A DNA stretch of 34,372 bases from Octopus sinensis (taxonomy: Eukaryota), in the NCBI RefSeq assembly GCF_006345805.1, contig NW_021831707.1, positions 1 through 34,372 of the forward strand, read 5' to 3'. Below are positions 9,650 to 20,439 of this stretch, in pieces. The translations under genes and the position numbers were made by a program. The notes below the pieces were generated by a model that was given only the letters and a program-made list of their open reading frames with translations, was not told the DNA's origin and made no database searches. The stretch's first letter is position 1, and each line of letters starts with the position of its first letter.

Positions 9650-10092
9650 TTCTTTTATTCTTTTATTTGTTTCAGTCATTTGAATGCGGCCGTACTGGAG
9701 TACCACCTTTAGTTGAACAAATCGACCCCAGGACTTATTCTTTGTAAGCCTTGTACTTATTCTATCGCTCTCTTTGCCGAACTGCAAGTTACGGGGACGT
9801 AAACACACCAACATCGGTTGTCAAGCGATGGTGGGAAGACAAACATAGGCACAAACATATACACACACATACATACACACATACACACACACACACACAC
9901 GCACATACATACATACACACACATATACATACGGCAGTCTTTCAGTTTCTGTTTACCGAATCAACTCACAAGGCCTTTGTCGGCCCGAGGTTATAGCAGA
10001 AGACACTTGCCCAAAGTGCCACGCAGTGGGACTGAACCTGGAGCCATGTGGTTGGTAAGGATGTTACTTACCACACACCCACTCCTGCGCTT
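9650..10092 (-). mobile_element. tRNA-derived SINE
   Basis: Reverse complement closely matches 15335-15737 (head, gcaagtgtcttctgctata core, internal microsatellite, tail). Confidence 0.9.
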
Positions 10093-10237
10093 GTATATAC
10101 ATACAACACACACACACACACACATACACATATATATATATTCACAAACATGTATATAATATATATTCATACATACATACATACATACATACATACATAC
10201 ATACATACATAGTTGAAATTTATCGAAAAACAAAAGA

Positions 10238-11102
10238 CTAAGACAGGTGTGTATGAACAACAAGCAAGGGTATTAGTTTGACGCTCGAGAAAGAATGAAA
10301 AAGTCTTTTACGTTTCGAGCCTTTGCTTTCCAACGAAACGGAATAAGAGAAAATAAGCAGGGAGAGGGTCGAACATAGCGATGACTGGAAAAAAATGCAT
10401 TGAAAGAAAGGGATAGAGTAAAGTGCTAGTGATCCCAACAAGAGAAGGTGCACATGCATGTGTGTGTGTGAGAATGGTGTATGTGTGTTTGTGTGTGTGT
10501 TTGTGTTGTGTGTAGCAGTTGATGTGTGCCTTTTCACGTGGTGTGTGCACATGTGTATGTGTGTCTGTGACCAGTGTGCATGTATGTGGGTGAAAGTTAT
10601 CTTTGTCTGTATGTTGCGTGTGTAAATGCGTGTTGCGTGTGTATGTATGTATAGTCTGTGTTCAGGTGTTTGTTTATGTGGATGTGGGAGTGTGCATGAT
10701 GGTGTGCGTTGTGTGTGTACTGAGTTAAAGAGTGTATATGGCTTCTCGTATAGTGGAGTGTGTGGTGGCGTTATTGAATATTGTGTGTCGGTGTGTGGAT
10801 GATGGTGTGTGTTGTAGGTGCTAAGTGGTCACTGCTAATGTGTGTGGAATGGTGTAGTTTTTGTATCAAATGAAGAGAGGAGGTGAGGTGGTGTCAGATG
10901 AAGCGAGGAGGTGAGTTGAGCCTATATGATGGAAAGGAGCGAAGAGAGAAGATTAATTCTTGTTCACGGCGAAGGCGGGAGTCCAGATATCCCCCGTACA
11001 AAGACAATCCAAACACAGACAGATGCTAGAGCGAATGACCGGTTGAGCGGAAATGGCGCGTGACTGGGGAGACATTGCCGAGTTTGACCGATGTACAGGG
11101 AA
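10238..11102 (-). mobile_element. PLE 3' part (end of GIY-YIG endonuclease, 3'UTR/pLTR with degenerate hammerhead)
   Basis: Minus strand reads SLYIGQTR..PVTRHFRSTGHSL*..RLRREQELIFSLRSFPSYRLNSPPRFI*; continuous with 12663-14100 across the RTE insertion. Confidence 0.8.
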
Positions 11103-12662
11103 AAATCGATGTCCTGAAAAATCTCCGGAACAACAAGGCCCCGGGTGAGGACGGTGTCCCAACTGAGATCTACAAGGCTGAGCCTGATGTCTTCGCAGCC
11201 AGGCTTCATCGTGTCTTATGTGCTGTGTGGGCGACGGAGCGTTTTTCTTCCTGATGACTGGAGCGAGGCAACTTTTTTACCTTTCTGTAAAAAAGGTGAT
11301 AGAAAGCTGTGTTCCAACTATAGAGGCATCAGCTTGATCGATGTAGCTGCCAAAACCTTTGCAATCCTTCTTTTGAAGAGGTTCCAGGCCATACGTGATG
11401 TCCGTACTCGTCCTTCACAGGGCGGCTTCCGTCCCGGGAGAGGGTGCGTTGATCAAATATTCAGTCTCCGGCGAGTCCTGGAACAGCGGTGGGTGCACCA
11501 ACAACCTACCGTTCTCTGCTTCATCGATTTTGCGGCTGCCTTCGACTCGGTGGATCGGGAGGCCCTCTGGCGTATTATGCAGGCGGACGGTATCCATGTG
11601 AAGCTGCTAAACCTCGTACAGGGCTACCATCGTTCAACGAGGGCTCGTGTGAGGGTCTATGTTGGGGAGACGGAGTCGTTTGATGTCACTACCAGTGTTC
11701 GATAGGGTTGTGCGCTCTCGCCAACCCTATTCAATTACGCCATCTCAACACTGCGCTTCGGGACTACCCGGGTGTAGAGGCTAGGAGAGGAGTCGTGGTA
11801 ACGGACCTGGCCTACACAGATGACATCGCGCTCTTGGGCTCTAACCGGGCGGATGTCCAAGATGCTCTCAAAAGGGTGCATGTGGCAGCGGCAGCTGTTG
11901 GTCTTCGGATCAATGCTGGCAAAACCAAAGTGATGACGTCTCTGGTCGCAGCAGATGAATGGCAGCCAATCGTTCTCCAGGGCGTGGAGCTGGAGGATGT
12001 GGAGTCCTTTGTCTACTTGGGTTCAACGGTGGTTTCAAAGAGCCAGGGCGCAGCCGAGGTCGAGCGTCGCATAGGTGCTGCCAGATTCGCATTCGTGCGC
12101 CTCCAGCGGTGCCTGTGGGACAGAAGAGAGATCTCCTCGGTAATCAAATGGCGAATCTATCAGGCCGTCGTTCGTACTATCCTCCTCTATGGTTGTGAAA
12201 CATGACCTATGAGGGTAGTTGATCATCGAAGGCGTTCGACAATGACTGTCTCTGCTGCATTCTTCGCTGCCGACGCATTGAACGGGTTCCTACAGCCGGT
12301 CTTCGCCATCGCCCCTCCCTTCGGTGCTTTTACAATGGCGCTTAAGAGGGTTCGGTCATGCGGCCCGTGTCCAGAGGGTGAGCTGATTCGCGATGTCCTC
12401 CTCCTACCTCCACTTCCCAGCTGGCGCAAACGTACGGGCGGGTAGCTGAAGATCTGGGAAACGACGATAAAGGAAGACCTCTCTGAACTCTCCGGTCTGC
12501 AGGTGGTGGGTCTGCGCAGATGGAGCTGCGAATGGCTTGCTATCTCCAGTGACCTTGCACAGGACCGTCGAGCGTGGGCCGCCATGGTTCGTGATGCCGT
12601 TAGGACCAGAGAAGAAGCCGGCTCAAACCGCCCTGGGTGAACGCCGTCACAAGTACAAGTTA
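11103..12662 (+). mobile_element. 5'-truncated RTE-clade LINE (RT fragment) nested in a PLE, 10-bp TSD gtacagggaa
   Basis: NNKAPGEDG, NYRGISL, QGGFRPGRGCVDQIF, FIDFAAAFDSV, LAYTDDIALL, LLYGCET motifs, with stops and frameshifts. Tail caagtacaagt. TSD at 11093-11102 and 12663-12672. Confidence 0.92.
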
Positions 12663-14100
12663 GTACAGGGAAGAACAGAAAGAGCGAGATACAGTAAATG
12701 ACATGACTAGAAGCGCAGATAAAGGAGTCGGTGATGTGATAGGGACGATGATAGGTGCCTGTGAGGATGGTGGTGTTGCAGAAGTAGGGGTAGGCTGGAC
12801 AGCGTGGGTGGGTGCAGTGGAACGAGCCAGGCTGCGAAGTGGGGGTTGGGAAGAAACTGTAGACCAGGATGGTGGTGTTGCAGAGGTAGGGGCAGGCTGG
12901 ATGTCACTCAGGATATGGGCTCGTTCGAAAGAGGGAAGAAGATTCGGGAAGATGTGCGAGGTGTAGGTGTCCGACAGGAGTCGCCAGAAGGCTCGTAGAA
13001 TGATGCATTGGAGGTGCAGGGCGGAAAGGTGGTAGGTGAGGGGAAACGGAAGACGAGCAACGGCGGGGCAGGTGTGAGGCGAAAGAGCTGAGGCACGGTC
13101 CACAGATCGTGCCCTGAAAAGGTCAGTGTGGATAGTGGTCAGGGGATATCCACTTAGGACGAAGTGGCGAGCCATGCGTTGAGACTGAGTCTCAAAGTCA
13201 TGGTTGTCACTGCAGAGCCTGCGCAGACAGGGGAATTAGGAGTAGGGGATGGAGAACTTGGTGTGGGTAGGGTGGGAGGAGGAGAAGTTAAGGTAGGAGT
13301 GTGAGTCAGTGTGTTTATAGTGGATTGAGGTAGTGAGATCGGAGTGGTATATGCTGAGAGAAATGTCGAGAAATTCGATTGAAGAGTTAGAGATAGTGCA
13401 GGGGAATTGGAGGTTAGGATGGAAGGATTGGACAAAAGAGAGGAAGGAACCTAGTTGTTCGCGCCGATACTGGTCATCATGTGAGGTCGCTCCGATACAG
13501 TCATCGCTATAACGACCGTAGTATTCGGGAGCGGGACCAGTGAATTGTGAGAATATTTGGGCCTCAACGTAGCCAACGAAGAGGTTCGCATACTTGGGGT
13601 CCATTCTTGCTCCCATGACCCATCTCGAGACCTGTTGGTAAAAATCCCCCGCGAATGAGAAGCAGTTGAGGGAGAGGAGAAGATCAGTCAGACGAAGAAG
13701 TGTGGAGGTGTCAGGTTGAGAGTCAGGTCGAAGATCTAGAAAGGGTCTGAGCGCAAGAAGTCCTTCGTTGTGCGGGATCACCGTATATAAACTCTTGATA
13801 TCAAGAGTAAATAGAAATTTAAAGGGGCTAGAAGGGAAGGAGAAAGAGTTAAAGAGACAGATAGCATGGCTGGTGTCGTGCACCTGGGAGAGGAGGGAAG
13901 TCACTAGGAGGACAAAGACACAGTTGAGGTATTTGGAGATCATTTCTATGGAGCAGTTGCAGGTGGAGACGATGGGGTGGCCAGAGTTGTTGGGCTTGTG
14001 AATGTTGCGAAGGAAGTAAATAGTGGGAGTGCACGGAATACGGACAATGAGGTTAGATGTGGTGGGAGGGAGACGGGAGGAGGAAATGTGGTCATGAATA
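12663..14100 (-). mobile_element. PLE 5'-truncated body: RT and start of GIY-YIG
   Basis: ORF 13236-14141 has NIHKPNNSGHPIVS, TLDIKSLYTVIP, FSFAGDFYQQ..MG..P.YANLF and RYSDD (degenerate RYIDD). Downstream frames give DSFICASSHVIYCIS..SLY. Confidence 0.9.
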
Positions 14101-14415
14101 GTATATACAAACAACATAAGCGAACCCATATACTCACACAATCACACACAATAACTTTACAGACGGCCGCAACAATATCAACAGCATGACTAACTACTTA
14201 GTGCATATAAGTAGTCTCTATCATTATATATAGTTTAGACTTTAATTTCCTTTATATTTAACATTCACTATTAATATCCCTACTCTTTCTGTTAGCTACT
14301 TATGACGTTATATCATATAACGTTTTTTTAAAACAATATTAATAGCGTTCTGTCTATCGCTATACGAATCCATCATTTTTTGCTAAAATGTCGTATTGAC
14401 AAGTTTCGTTTTTTC

Positions 14416-14502
14416 ACTTTCCTGAAGAGAAGATTGCATTGTTTATACCTTTTATTCTTTTGAATAAGTATCAGTGGAATTTTTGAAACATATGTAGAAA
14501 GT
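14416..14502 (+). ncRNA. Type I hammerhead ribozyme motif (PLE-type)
   Basis: Stem I ACTTTC/GAAAGT; core CTGAAGA (14422-14428); wobble-rich stem II GAAGA/TTTTT; GAAA (14485-14488); palindromic stem III ACATATGT; GTA cleavage triplet (14494-14496). Confidence 0.7.
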
Positions 14503-14708
14503 AAAAATACTTGTTTAAACCTGCGTTAACTCCATTTTTTATTCATATTATTCAAATATTCAACGTAAATACGAAGTTTCAACCTTTATAAACAAGGAGT
14601 TACAACATCTTTACTTGTGGGATTTTGCTGCCCTGGTAACTATTCATTCATTTATCCGTGTTAATTGTTAACAAGGTAAAATACACTCATCTATTTATAT
14701 ATATATAT

Positions 14709-15043
14709 AGGTGCAGGAGTGGGTGTGTGTTAAGTAGCTTGCTAACCAACCACATGGTTATGGGTTCAGTCCCACTGCGTGGCATCTTGTGAGTGGATTT
14801 GGTAGACGGAAACTGAAAGAAGCCTGTCGTATATATGTATATATATATGTGTGTGTATGTGTTTGTGTGTCTATCTTTGCTTGACAACCGATGCTGGTGT
14901 GTTTACGTCCCCGTCACTTAGCAAAAGAGACCGATAGAATAAGTACTGGGCTTACAAAGAATAAGTCCCGGGGTCGATTTACTCGACTAAAGGCGGTGCT
15001 CCAGCATGGCCGCAGTCAAATGACTGAAACAAGTAAAAGAGTA
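14709..15043 (+). mobile_element. tRNA-derived SINE with internal deletion
   Basis: Matches 15335-15737 but lacks the segment between two cttg motifs (ggcatcttg|tgagtgg). Confidence 0.9.
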
Positions 15044-15334
15044 TATATATATATATATACATACATATATTCGCACACAAATTCGGAGAGTGGAGCCGAT
15101 AAAGTCTAGGCTACAAATGTCTTTTAGCTTGCAGATCTGATGTAATCATTTCTCAAAGAGGGGTATTCAGCTCGCTACTCAGCAGACCGAAGATACCTTA
15201 ATTATAAGAAAATTACATTGTCGTTAAGTAATCCCAACTTATCTCTCCGAAAATATAATTTGAAATGAGAGGTGAAGCCGGAAGAACAGAGTAATCCACC
15301 CACAAACCAAAAAAAAAAAAAAAAATCCAGATAT

Positions 15335-15737
15335 AGGCTCGGGATTGGCTGTGTGGTAAGTTGCTTGGTAACCAACCACATGGTTCCGGGTTCAGTCCCA
15401 CTGCGTGGCATCTTGGGCAAGTGTCTTCTGCTATAGCCTCGGGCCGACCAATGCCTTGTGAGTGGATTTGGCAGACGGAAACTGAAAGAAGCCTGTCGTA
15501 TATATGTATATATATGTATGTATGTGTGTTTGTGTGTCTGTGTTTGCATGACAACCGATGCTGGTGTGTTTACGTCCCTGTCACTTAGCGGTTCGGCAAA
15601 AAGAGACCGATAGAATAAGTACTGGGCTTACAAAAACAATAAGTCCCGGGGTCGAGTTGCTCGACTAAAGGCGGTGCTCCAGCATGGCCGCAGTTAAATG
15701 ACTGAAACAAGTAAAAGAGTAAAAAGAGTAAAGAGTA
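15335..15737 (+). mobile_element. Full-length tRNA-derived SINE (abundant octopus-type family)
   Basis: A box TGGCTGTGTGG (15346-15356), B-box-like GGTTCAGTCCC (15389-15399), internal (TA/TG) microsatellite, (AAAGAGT)n tail; three other near-complete copies in the window. Confidence 0.9.
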
Positions 15738-16944
15738 TAAAACAGGAAGAAATGTTTGAAGAAATAAGAGGGCTAGTAAGTAAGAAAAGTGAAGGAAGAG
15801 GTTAAAAATTTGTGAGTGGGGAATTGTCGAAAGTTGTTAGAGAAGAAAGATAATGAGAGGCGAGCGGAGAGGTGGGGTGATTTAGTGTAGATTTAGTGTA
15901 GACGGATGCTGACTTTAGTGAAACACTTAAACCCTTTATAAATCCTATCATCTGACCATGATCAACCGTAACATAAAAAATTAAATTATACAACCCTCCT
16001 TTAAATACCATCATTACAACTTAGAACAACAAATATAACCTATATATATATAGAAATGTATAATATAATCTCACTAATCAAATTAATAAATGGAGGAGCT
16101 CCCATATAACAAATACATAATAAAAATATTAATAAACTCATTATAAGATTATAATTAATTATCCCTCCACATAAAAATAATCTTCGACTATTAATTTTTT
16201 TCATAAAACTTATATAAACTTAGATGTGTTTCGACCAATGATTGGTCCAGGCCATGTCTAACTTAATAGCACCACCTGATGGTGCTATTAATTACATTTC
16301 CTAAACAAAATAAACCTGAAGAACATAACCCATAACAAACCGTCATCAAAATAGCCCCTTCTCAACCAATAATAAATCCCCTAGTTAGTAGGGGTAATTA
16401 GGGGTAATTTGAGAATATTAAGCTAAGGCCACTTTACTGTGTCTCCAGTAAATAGATACTTTGGCGCACCCACGCGTAAACGTTTGTGCACAAACATTTT
16501 TTAGAAGAGATGAAATGGTCAAGAATAAGAAAAAAAGGAAAGGAAGAAGTCAAAGAATTAAGAGTGGGTATTGAATGGAGTTGTTAGGAAAGGGTGGAAA
16601 AAGAGGGAGATAAGAGTTGAAGGCTGTATTCTTTAAAGGGGAGCATAGTTCACGTGGTTAAAGTTGATCGCTTACTACTTCAGGCATATGCACACCCGCA
16701 CGCTTATGCGTACACTCACAGAGTGCCCATAGGATCAGCTTTGGTAAACATGCGCGCGTACGCGCATGCTTATTACCACATGTATAAAGGAAGCTATAAA
16801 GATCTAACAATGTTAAGGAAATGTATGAAAATAGCTTTAAAAAGTATATGTTATAAATACTTTGAAGAAATTCAAGTGACGCTGATGTAGGAGGATTGGT
16901 AGGGAATTATAGGGGAAGGAAGAATTATTTGTAACTTCAGAAGG

Positions 16945-17520
16945 TATTACATAATTTGTGTCGGCCATTCAGGATAAAGTAGCTTCGTTCATTGAAACAG
17001 TTGTTGCATTGCATAACAGATAAGACTTCTGCGATGCAGAGATCGCATTTGTTGCTATAACCGTTTTACGGTTTGGCATGAGTAACAATGGATCATATTA
17101 AACTGTATACAACTGCATTAATTTTTAAGTTATGACTGAGCCTAGATAAAGAGGTAGTATTAGTTTTCGCTTGAAATTTAAAGCCAGAATAATAGTTACT
17201 AATTCTGGCCTTGAAGGTGGTGGTACTAGTTCTGATATATACTTACTTGGAATCATCCGTGGTGACCACATACATTTGTACTGCATTTCTTGTGAGGCAT
17301 TTGATTTTTAAGGAACAGGAGATGGAGCATTTACAGCTGCAATGACTTCTAGAGGATAGTAAAGTGGGGTTTGTGGGGTTATGATTATCTGAGTTTAACC
17401 AGGAGTAATATTTAGTATTAGCCTCAGCGTTAGGGTTGGTATTGTTTGTAGTGCAGTGGAAGCAGTCCGAGGGGGGGGGATATTATCAGTGAGCACTGTC
17501 AATTTGTGCATCTATTACAC
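16945..17520 (-). mobile_element. Decayed PLE GIY-YIG fragment, copy B
   Basis: KCLTRNAV..TTDDSK*VYI..TTFKARISN..THAKP*NGYSNKCDLCIAE..NERS..RHKL; same position relative to the CCP gene as copy A. Confidence 0.8.
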
Positions 17521-17916
17521 ATGAACACGTTGTGAACTACTTACTAAATAAGTTCTTAGTTTCAGGAATGTCTCCCGAAAAAACACTTGTCGAGATAATA
17601 GAATGTGTAAAAAAATGTGCGTAATGGAAAAAGAAACGTTAATAGAAGCAAAATCAAAGAGAATACATTTAATTTTAAAGACTGAACTTTCTTTTAATTA
17701 TAGAATTGTTTCCAGTTAGTTATGCAAATACCAAGAGAGAAAACACCCTAAGAAAGTTCTTGGAAATAAATTTAGGAATGTTTCTATTACATCGTCATAG
17801 CTATGCAGATAAGATGTGGAATATGCTTCTTTAAATTTAACTCATATACACAGAAACAATAATTTGTGCTTAAAGGGGACAGTTTCAAAGGGAGAGTAGT
17901 TTGATATTAGTAATTA

Positions 17917-19401
17917 TCAGTAATTATTACACCTCAAAGTACAACATCTTGCATGGGTTTCCTTAAAATGTATTTCCGATGTTGTAGTGTTAAAATTCAC
18001 AACGACATGCTTACGTCGGTAATTATAGTTTGTATAGTCACAAGTGTACTGGCGGTAACCAAAAAATTTGCAATCAATGTTTGTGCTGCAAACATAGAAA
18101 TCTGATGAAATATTCTTGTAAAGAAGATAGTAGTTACGATCAAGTCGAATATTTTTAAATGCACAGCGTGGTGTTGGGGTTAGTATACCTTTATGGCACA
18201 TTACGCTCTCGTTCAATTTCTTCGAATTAGGGAATTCACAAGAATAAGTAATGTTCGTATTTTCTGGAACTGTACTGCCATACGGAAGATATTTCAAAGT
18301 TTTCGAATTTCGGTAGCTATATATGCCAAATTTTCGCAACAATTGACAGTTCTTTGCACACTGTGGAAGTTTTCCACTCCATGTTCCATTTTCTAAACAG
18401 GTTCTTTTTGAATCTCCCAACAATGTTTCTCCAACTGGACAACTATATTCAATAACCGAAAAATTACGTGACAAAATAAAATTTAACCCATTTCGTTTCT
18501 CAATTTTACACGCGTTTCTGCACTGTATATCTGGATACCATTTACTTGACAAGCATTGAACGACACCAAACGCGATAGGAATGAAGGATCGTTTGCAAGA
18601 ATATATGACTTTTCCTCCTTCGTTGATTAAGGTTCTTGGTTTTAATATTGTACCTTCAGAAATAGTCACCACTCTGCCAGCAATTTCAGGTACAAAGCAA
18701 TTCAAAGTACAAACAGGTGCTGGAAAGTTCCAGCTACTGTCTTGAAGACAAGTTAATACAGATTCACCTTTCAGACTATAAGGTTTCGAGCAACTGAAAT
18801 GAATTGTTTCGTTAATTTCAACTTCATTTGTATTGTTTATACGGCCATGTTTTGGTGGGTTCGGTGGGAGACATTTAATAGTTTCACAAACTGGGGGTGG
18901 AGACGACCACTGTTTATTTTCTTGACAACGTATTGAATTGCTTCCTCGTAAAAAATAATCAGACAGGCAGGAAAAGTGAACAACCGAATTATATGTGTAT
19001 GCAACATTTATCATGAAACTGTTTGCAGGTTTATGAAAAATGGGACAGGTTATCAACTTACATTTTTTATCTTCATACATCCATTTATCATTCCAACAAA
19101 TAATATCGGCTGTATTCTCTACGCTTGCTTCAAAATAGCGGTTGCACTTTTGTTGCAGGTGTATTTTTTCCTCTTCCCATTTCAAAGTATATTGTATTCG
19201 ACTGTTATTCAATTTCGGTAAAGGACCACAGTTTAAGAGTTTTATCATTTGTTCAGAAAACCACGGAGCATAGTTATTCTTGGTTGAAGTCGAATTACTG
19301 TAATCAGATACGATCTTTTTCATAACATTTCCAAATGTATTATTTTCACTCTTCACTGTTAATATAATTAAGAAAAGGAAATAAAATGTTCTGGATATCA
19401 T
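17917..19401 (-). CDS. Secreted multi-Sushi/CCP glycoprotein (494 aa), single exon, copy 2
   Basis: Gap-free alignment to copy 1 with 48 amino-acid differences by manual count, one residue shorter (CGA>TGA). All CCP cysteines conserved. Confidence 0.93.
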   Translation of the reverse strand: MISRTFYFLFLIILTVKSENNTFGNVMKKIVSDYSNSTSTKNNYAPWFSEQMIKLLNCGPLPKLNNSRIQYTLKWEEEKIHLQQKCNRYFEASVENTADIICWNDKWMYEDKKCKLITCPIFHKPANSFMINVAYTYNSVVHFSCLSDYFLRGSNSIRCQENKQWSSPPPVCETIKCLPPNPPKHGRINNTNEVEINETIHFSCSKPYSLKGESVLTCLQDSSWNFPAPVCTLNCFVPEIAGRVVTISEGTILKPRTLINEGGKVIYSCKRSFIPIAFGVVQCLSSKWYPDIQCRNACKIEKRNGLNFILSRNFSVIEYSCPVGETLLGDSKRTCLENGTWSGKLPQCAKNCQLLRKFGIYSYRNSKTLKYLPYGSTVPENTNITYSCEFPNSKKLNESVMCHKGILTPTPRCAFKNIRLDRNYYLLYKNISSDFYVCSTNIDCKFFGYRQYTCDYTNYNYRRKHVVVNFNTTTSEIHFKETHARCCTLRCNNY

Positions 19402-19496
19402 TCTCTCAATTTTGTTGCTAAACCTGTTCGTGAAAATAAGTTCACTGTGTTCACACCTGTGAGTTCGTTATGCTTTTTGTGCATACTCAGTGAGCC

Positions 19497-19503
19497 TTTT
19501 ATA
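19497..19503 (-). promoter_or_regulatory. TATA box (TATAAAA) of CCP gene copy 2
   Basis: Same TTATCTCGAGTATAAAAGG context, 96 nt upstream of the ATG. Confidence 0.65.
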
Positions 19504-19759
19504 CTCGAGATAACACAGGTTCCCAGCTACGTATAAGTGGTTCCGAGAAAAACATATTTATATTTTCAGTTTGAATTTGACACCTTTTTGATTGAGAAAA
19601 TAGAGATACACCAACTCTTTTAGAATTTATAGAAATTTATTATGTCCAGACTAAATATCAAACTGTGTACACTATAAGCACAAATTACAAACTATGAAAA
19701 ACGATAACATTATATTAAATAATTTGTATAGTTGATATTTTGTATAATTTCATATACAT

Positions 19760-20432
19760 AATATATATATATACAGTACTGCATAGAATGCTGTATATGT
19801 GTGTATGTATGTATGTATGTATGTATGTATGTATGTATGTATGTATGTATGTATGTATGTATGTATGTATGTATGTGTGTATGTATGTATGTATGTATGT
19901 ATGTATGTATGTATGTATGTATGTATGCATGCATGCATGCATGTATGTATGTATGTATGTATGTATGTATGTATGTATGTATGTATGTATGTATGTGTGC
20001 ATGTACGTACATACTATGTACGTATGTATGTGTGTTGTGTGTGTTGTGTGTGTGTGAGAGAGTTTGTATGTGCGTATGTAAGTATATATGCATGTATGCA
20101 TGTATGTATATGTAAACAGAAAGAAAATTGATAGATAGATAGATATACATAGATATACAAAGAATACTGTATATGTATGCATGCATGTATGTAAGTATGT
20201 ATGTATATATGTATGTATGTATTCCCGTACGCACGTATGTATGTATGTATGTATGTATGTATGTATGTATGTATGTATGTATGTATGTATGTATGTATAT
20301 GTATGTATGTATGCACGCACGTACGTTCGTACGAATGTACGTACGTATGTATGTATGTATGTATGTATGTATGTATGTATGTATGTATGTATGTATGTAT
20401 TTATGTGTATGTATGTATGTATGTAGGTATGT
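19760..20432. repeat. Expanded (TATG)n compound microsatellite
   Basis: Directly visible, ~670 bp; source of HTYI/MYVC pseudo-ORFs. Confidence 0.95.
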
Positions 20433-20439
20433 AGATATA

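Noticed and set aside
11060-11254. ORF suggesting the RTE starts near 10960
   Set aside because: The first part is antisense PLE sequence; the TSD places the RTE start at 11103.
11251-11257. CTGATGA hammerhead core
   Set aside because: Encodes PDD in the RTE RT; no stem II, GAAA or stem I partner.
16221-16260. Minus-strand hammerhead (hairpin + GAAAC)
   Set aside because: CTGANGA core and NUH triplet are absent; kept only as part of a hairpin cluster.
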